Below are positions 6,227-7,006 of a stretch of 7,006 nucleotides of DNA, piece by piece; the stretch's first letter is position 1, and every line of letters begins with the position of its first letter. Source of the DNA: a virus. Lineage: Duplodnaviria; Heunggongvirae; Uroviricota; Caudoviricetes. A program made the translations under genes and the position numbers. The DNA lies in the IMG/VR virus record IMGVR_UViG_2703719365_000001, positions 1 through 7,006 of that record, one strand, 5' to 3'. Under the pieces are notes generated by a model that had not been told where the DNA came from, made no database searches, and saw nothing but the letters and a program-made list of their open reading frames with translations.

Positions 6227-6732
6227 TCACTATTACCAAAGAGCGACTGCAATGGCTGGCTAACATTTATGGCCGTGATGACATTGACGATATAGACGGC
6301 GGTGAGATTCGTGAGCTGGCACGGATTGCACTGGCATCACTGGAGCAGAATGTACTATCGGGCAACTCTACGGTAATTCCTGGTGAGGTGTTGTCCGCAA
6401 TCCGGGAGGTTGCCAGGATTCGCGCCGATTTCGATGATTTTGACGGTGACAGGCGAGGTATCGGTGATTGTCTGGATGAGGCCGAGCAAGAGCTTATCGT
6501 TACCATTAACAAATATGCCAGTCAGTTGGCAGTAGAGCCGGTAGTACCTGATGACGTTCGAGTGCAGACAGCCGTTCCGCCAGCTCCGGTAATACAGGCT
6601 GATATCGCGCAATCAATTGAAAATCTCAAGCAGAAGTTAGTGGAATGCAATCGCTATAACTACTGCGCAGATGCAGTTAAGGGCGTAGAGGATGCCTGCC
6701 GCGCTGCCATGCTTAAGGGAGATAAATCATGA
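6223..6732 (+). CDS. Hypothetical acidic protein, 169 aa, with an internal tandem duplication
   Basis: ATGA overlap with the upstream stop at 6223-6226. Two similar segments, 'GRDDIDDIDGGEIRELARIALASLE' and 'RADFDDFDGDRRGIGDCLDEAEQEL', also show at DNA level (about 6270-6346 vs 6418-6492). By my hand count there are about 31 D/E against about 19 K/R. Confidence 0.8.
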   Translation: MITITKERLQWLANIYGRDDIDDIDGGEIRELARIALASLEQNVLSGNSTVIPGEVLSAIREVARIRADFDDFDGDRRGIGDCLDEAEQELIVTINKYASQLAVEPVVPDDVRVQTAVPPAPVIQADIAQSIENLKQKLVECNRYNYCADAVKGVEDACRAAMLKGDKS

Positions 6733-7006
6733 TTAATCGTACCAAGCTGGAGCACATCCTCGAATATGCCAGACAGCAGAGGCATACTGGTCAGCATTGT
6801 AAAATTCCACCAGGGGATATGGTTGAAATCATGGAGATTGCCATGCGCAAGGCTGGCAATTCTCCGGTAACTACGGATGGCTGGATAAGCTGTAGTGATC
6901 GAATGCCTGAAAAGGGCCAGAACGTGCTTATTTCGGTGAATTTCGATAGTGATCTGGTTGAGCCGCTAATATGCTCCGCACGCTATACCGGAAGCACCTT
7001 TCGGCG
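6729..7006 (+). CDS. DUF551-like phage protein, 3'-partial (runs off the window end)
   Basis: ATGA overlap at 6729-6732 with AAGGGAGA 6 nt upstream. No stop through 7006. Motif 'GWISCSDRMPEKGQNVLI' matches the W-x-S-x-(S/E)-(D/E)-R-(L/M)-P-E signature I associate with DUF551. Confidence 0.75.
   Translation, partial: MINRTKLEHILEYARQQRHTGQHCKIPPGDMVEIMEIAMRKAGNSPVTTDGWISCSDRMPEKGQNVLISVNFDSDLVEPLICSARYTGSTFR

Noticed and set aside
5883-6612. Plus-strand ORF 5883-6146 and minus-strand ORFs 6267-6512 and 6355-6612
   Set aside because: They are embedded in, or antisense to, the 171-aa and 169-aa genes. No independent start signals.
1-7006. Search for tRNA/rRNA genes, CRISPR repeats, IS terminal inverted repeats and attachment-site-like direct repeats
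   Set aside because: By eye I found no cloverleaf-compatible segments, no regularly spaced direct repeats and no transposase-like ORFs. The window appears to be entirely phage early-region coding sequence.

Overview
The window reads as the delayed-early (pL-type) recombination/accessory arm of a lambdoid enterobacterial phage or prophage, with every supported gene on the + strand. No tRNA, rRNA, CRISPR array or IS element was recognised. It falls into three blocks. (1) 1-2052: a translationally coupled recombination module, comprising a 5'-truncated RecT/Redbeta-family annealase, a lambda-type exonuclease and a 195-aa coupled ORF. (2) 2053-3986: a looser, visibly AT-richer stretch of moron-like genes separated by 60-110 nt spacers, including a DUF2303/YfdQ-like protein and a gene interrupted by an in-frame TAG. 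(3) 3987-7006: a tightly packed run of seven ORFs with ATGA/GTGA start-stop overlaps, opening with a PAPS-reductase-like PP-loop enzyme and including a candidate PD-(D/E)xK nuclease, an acidic internal-repeat protein and a 3'-truncated DUF551-like protein. All family assignments come from reading motifs by eye and from memory of reference proteins; no search or alignment was run. All minus-strand ORFs in the track lie antisense to better-supported + strand genes and are treated as spurious.
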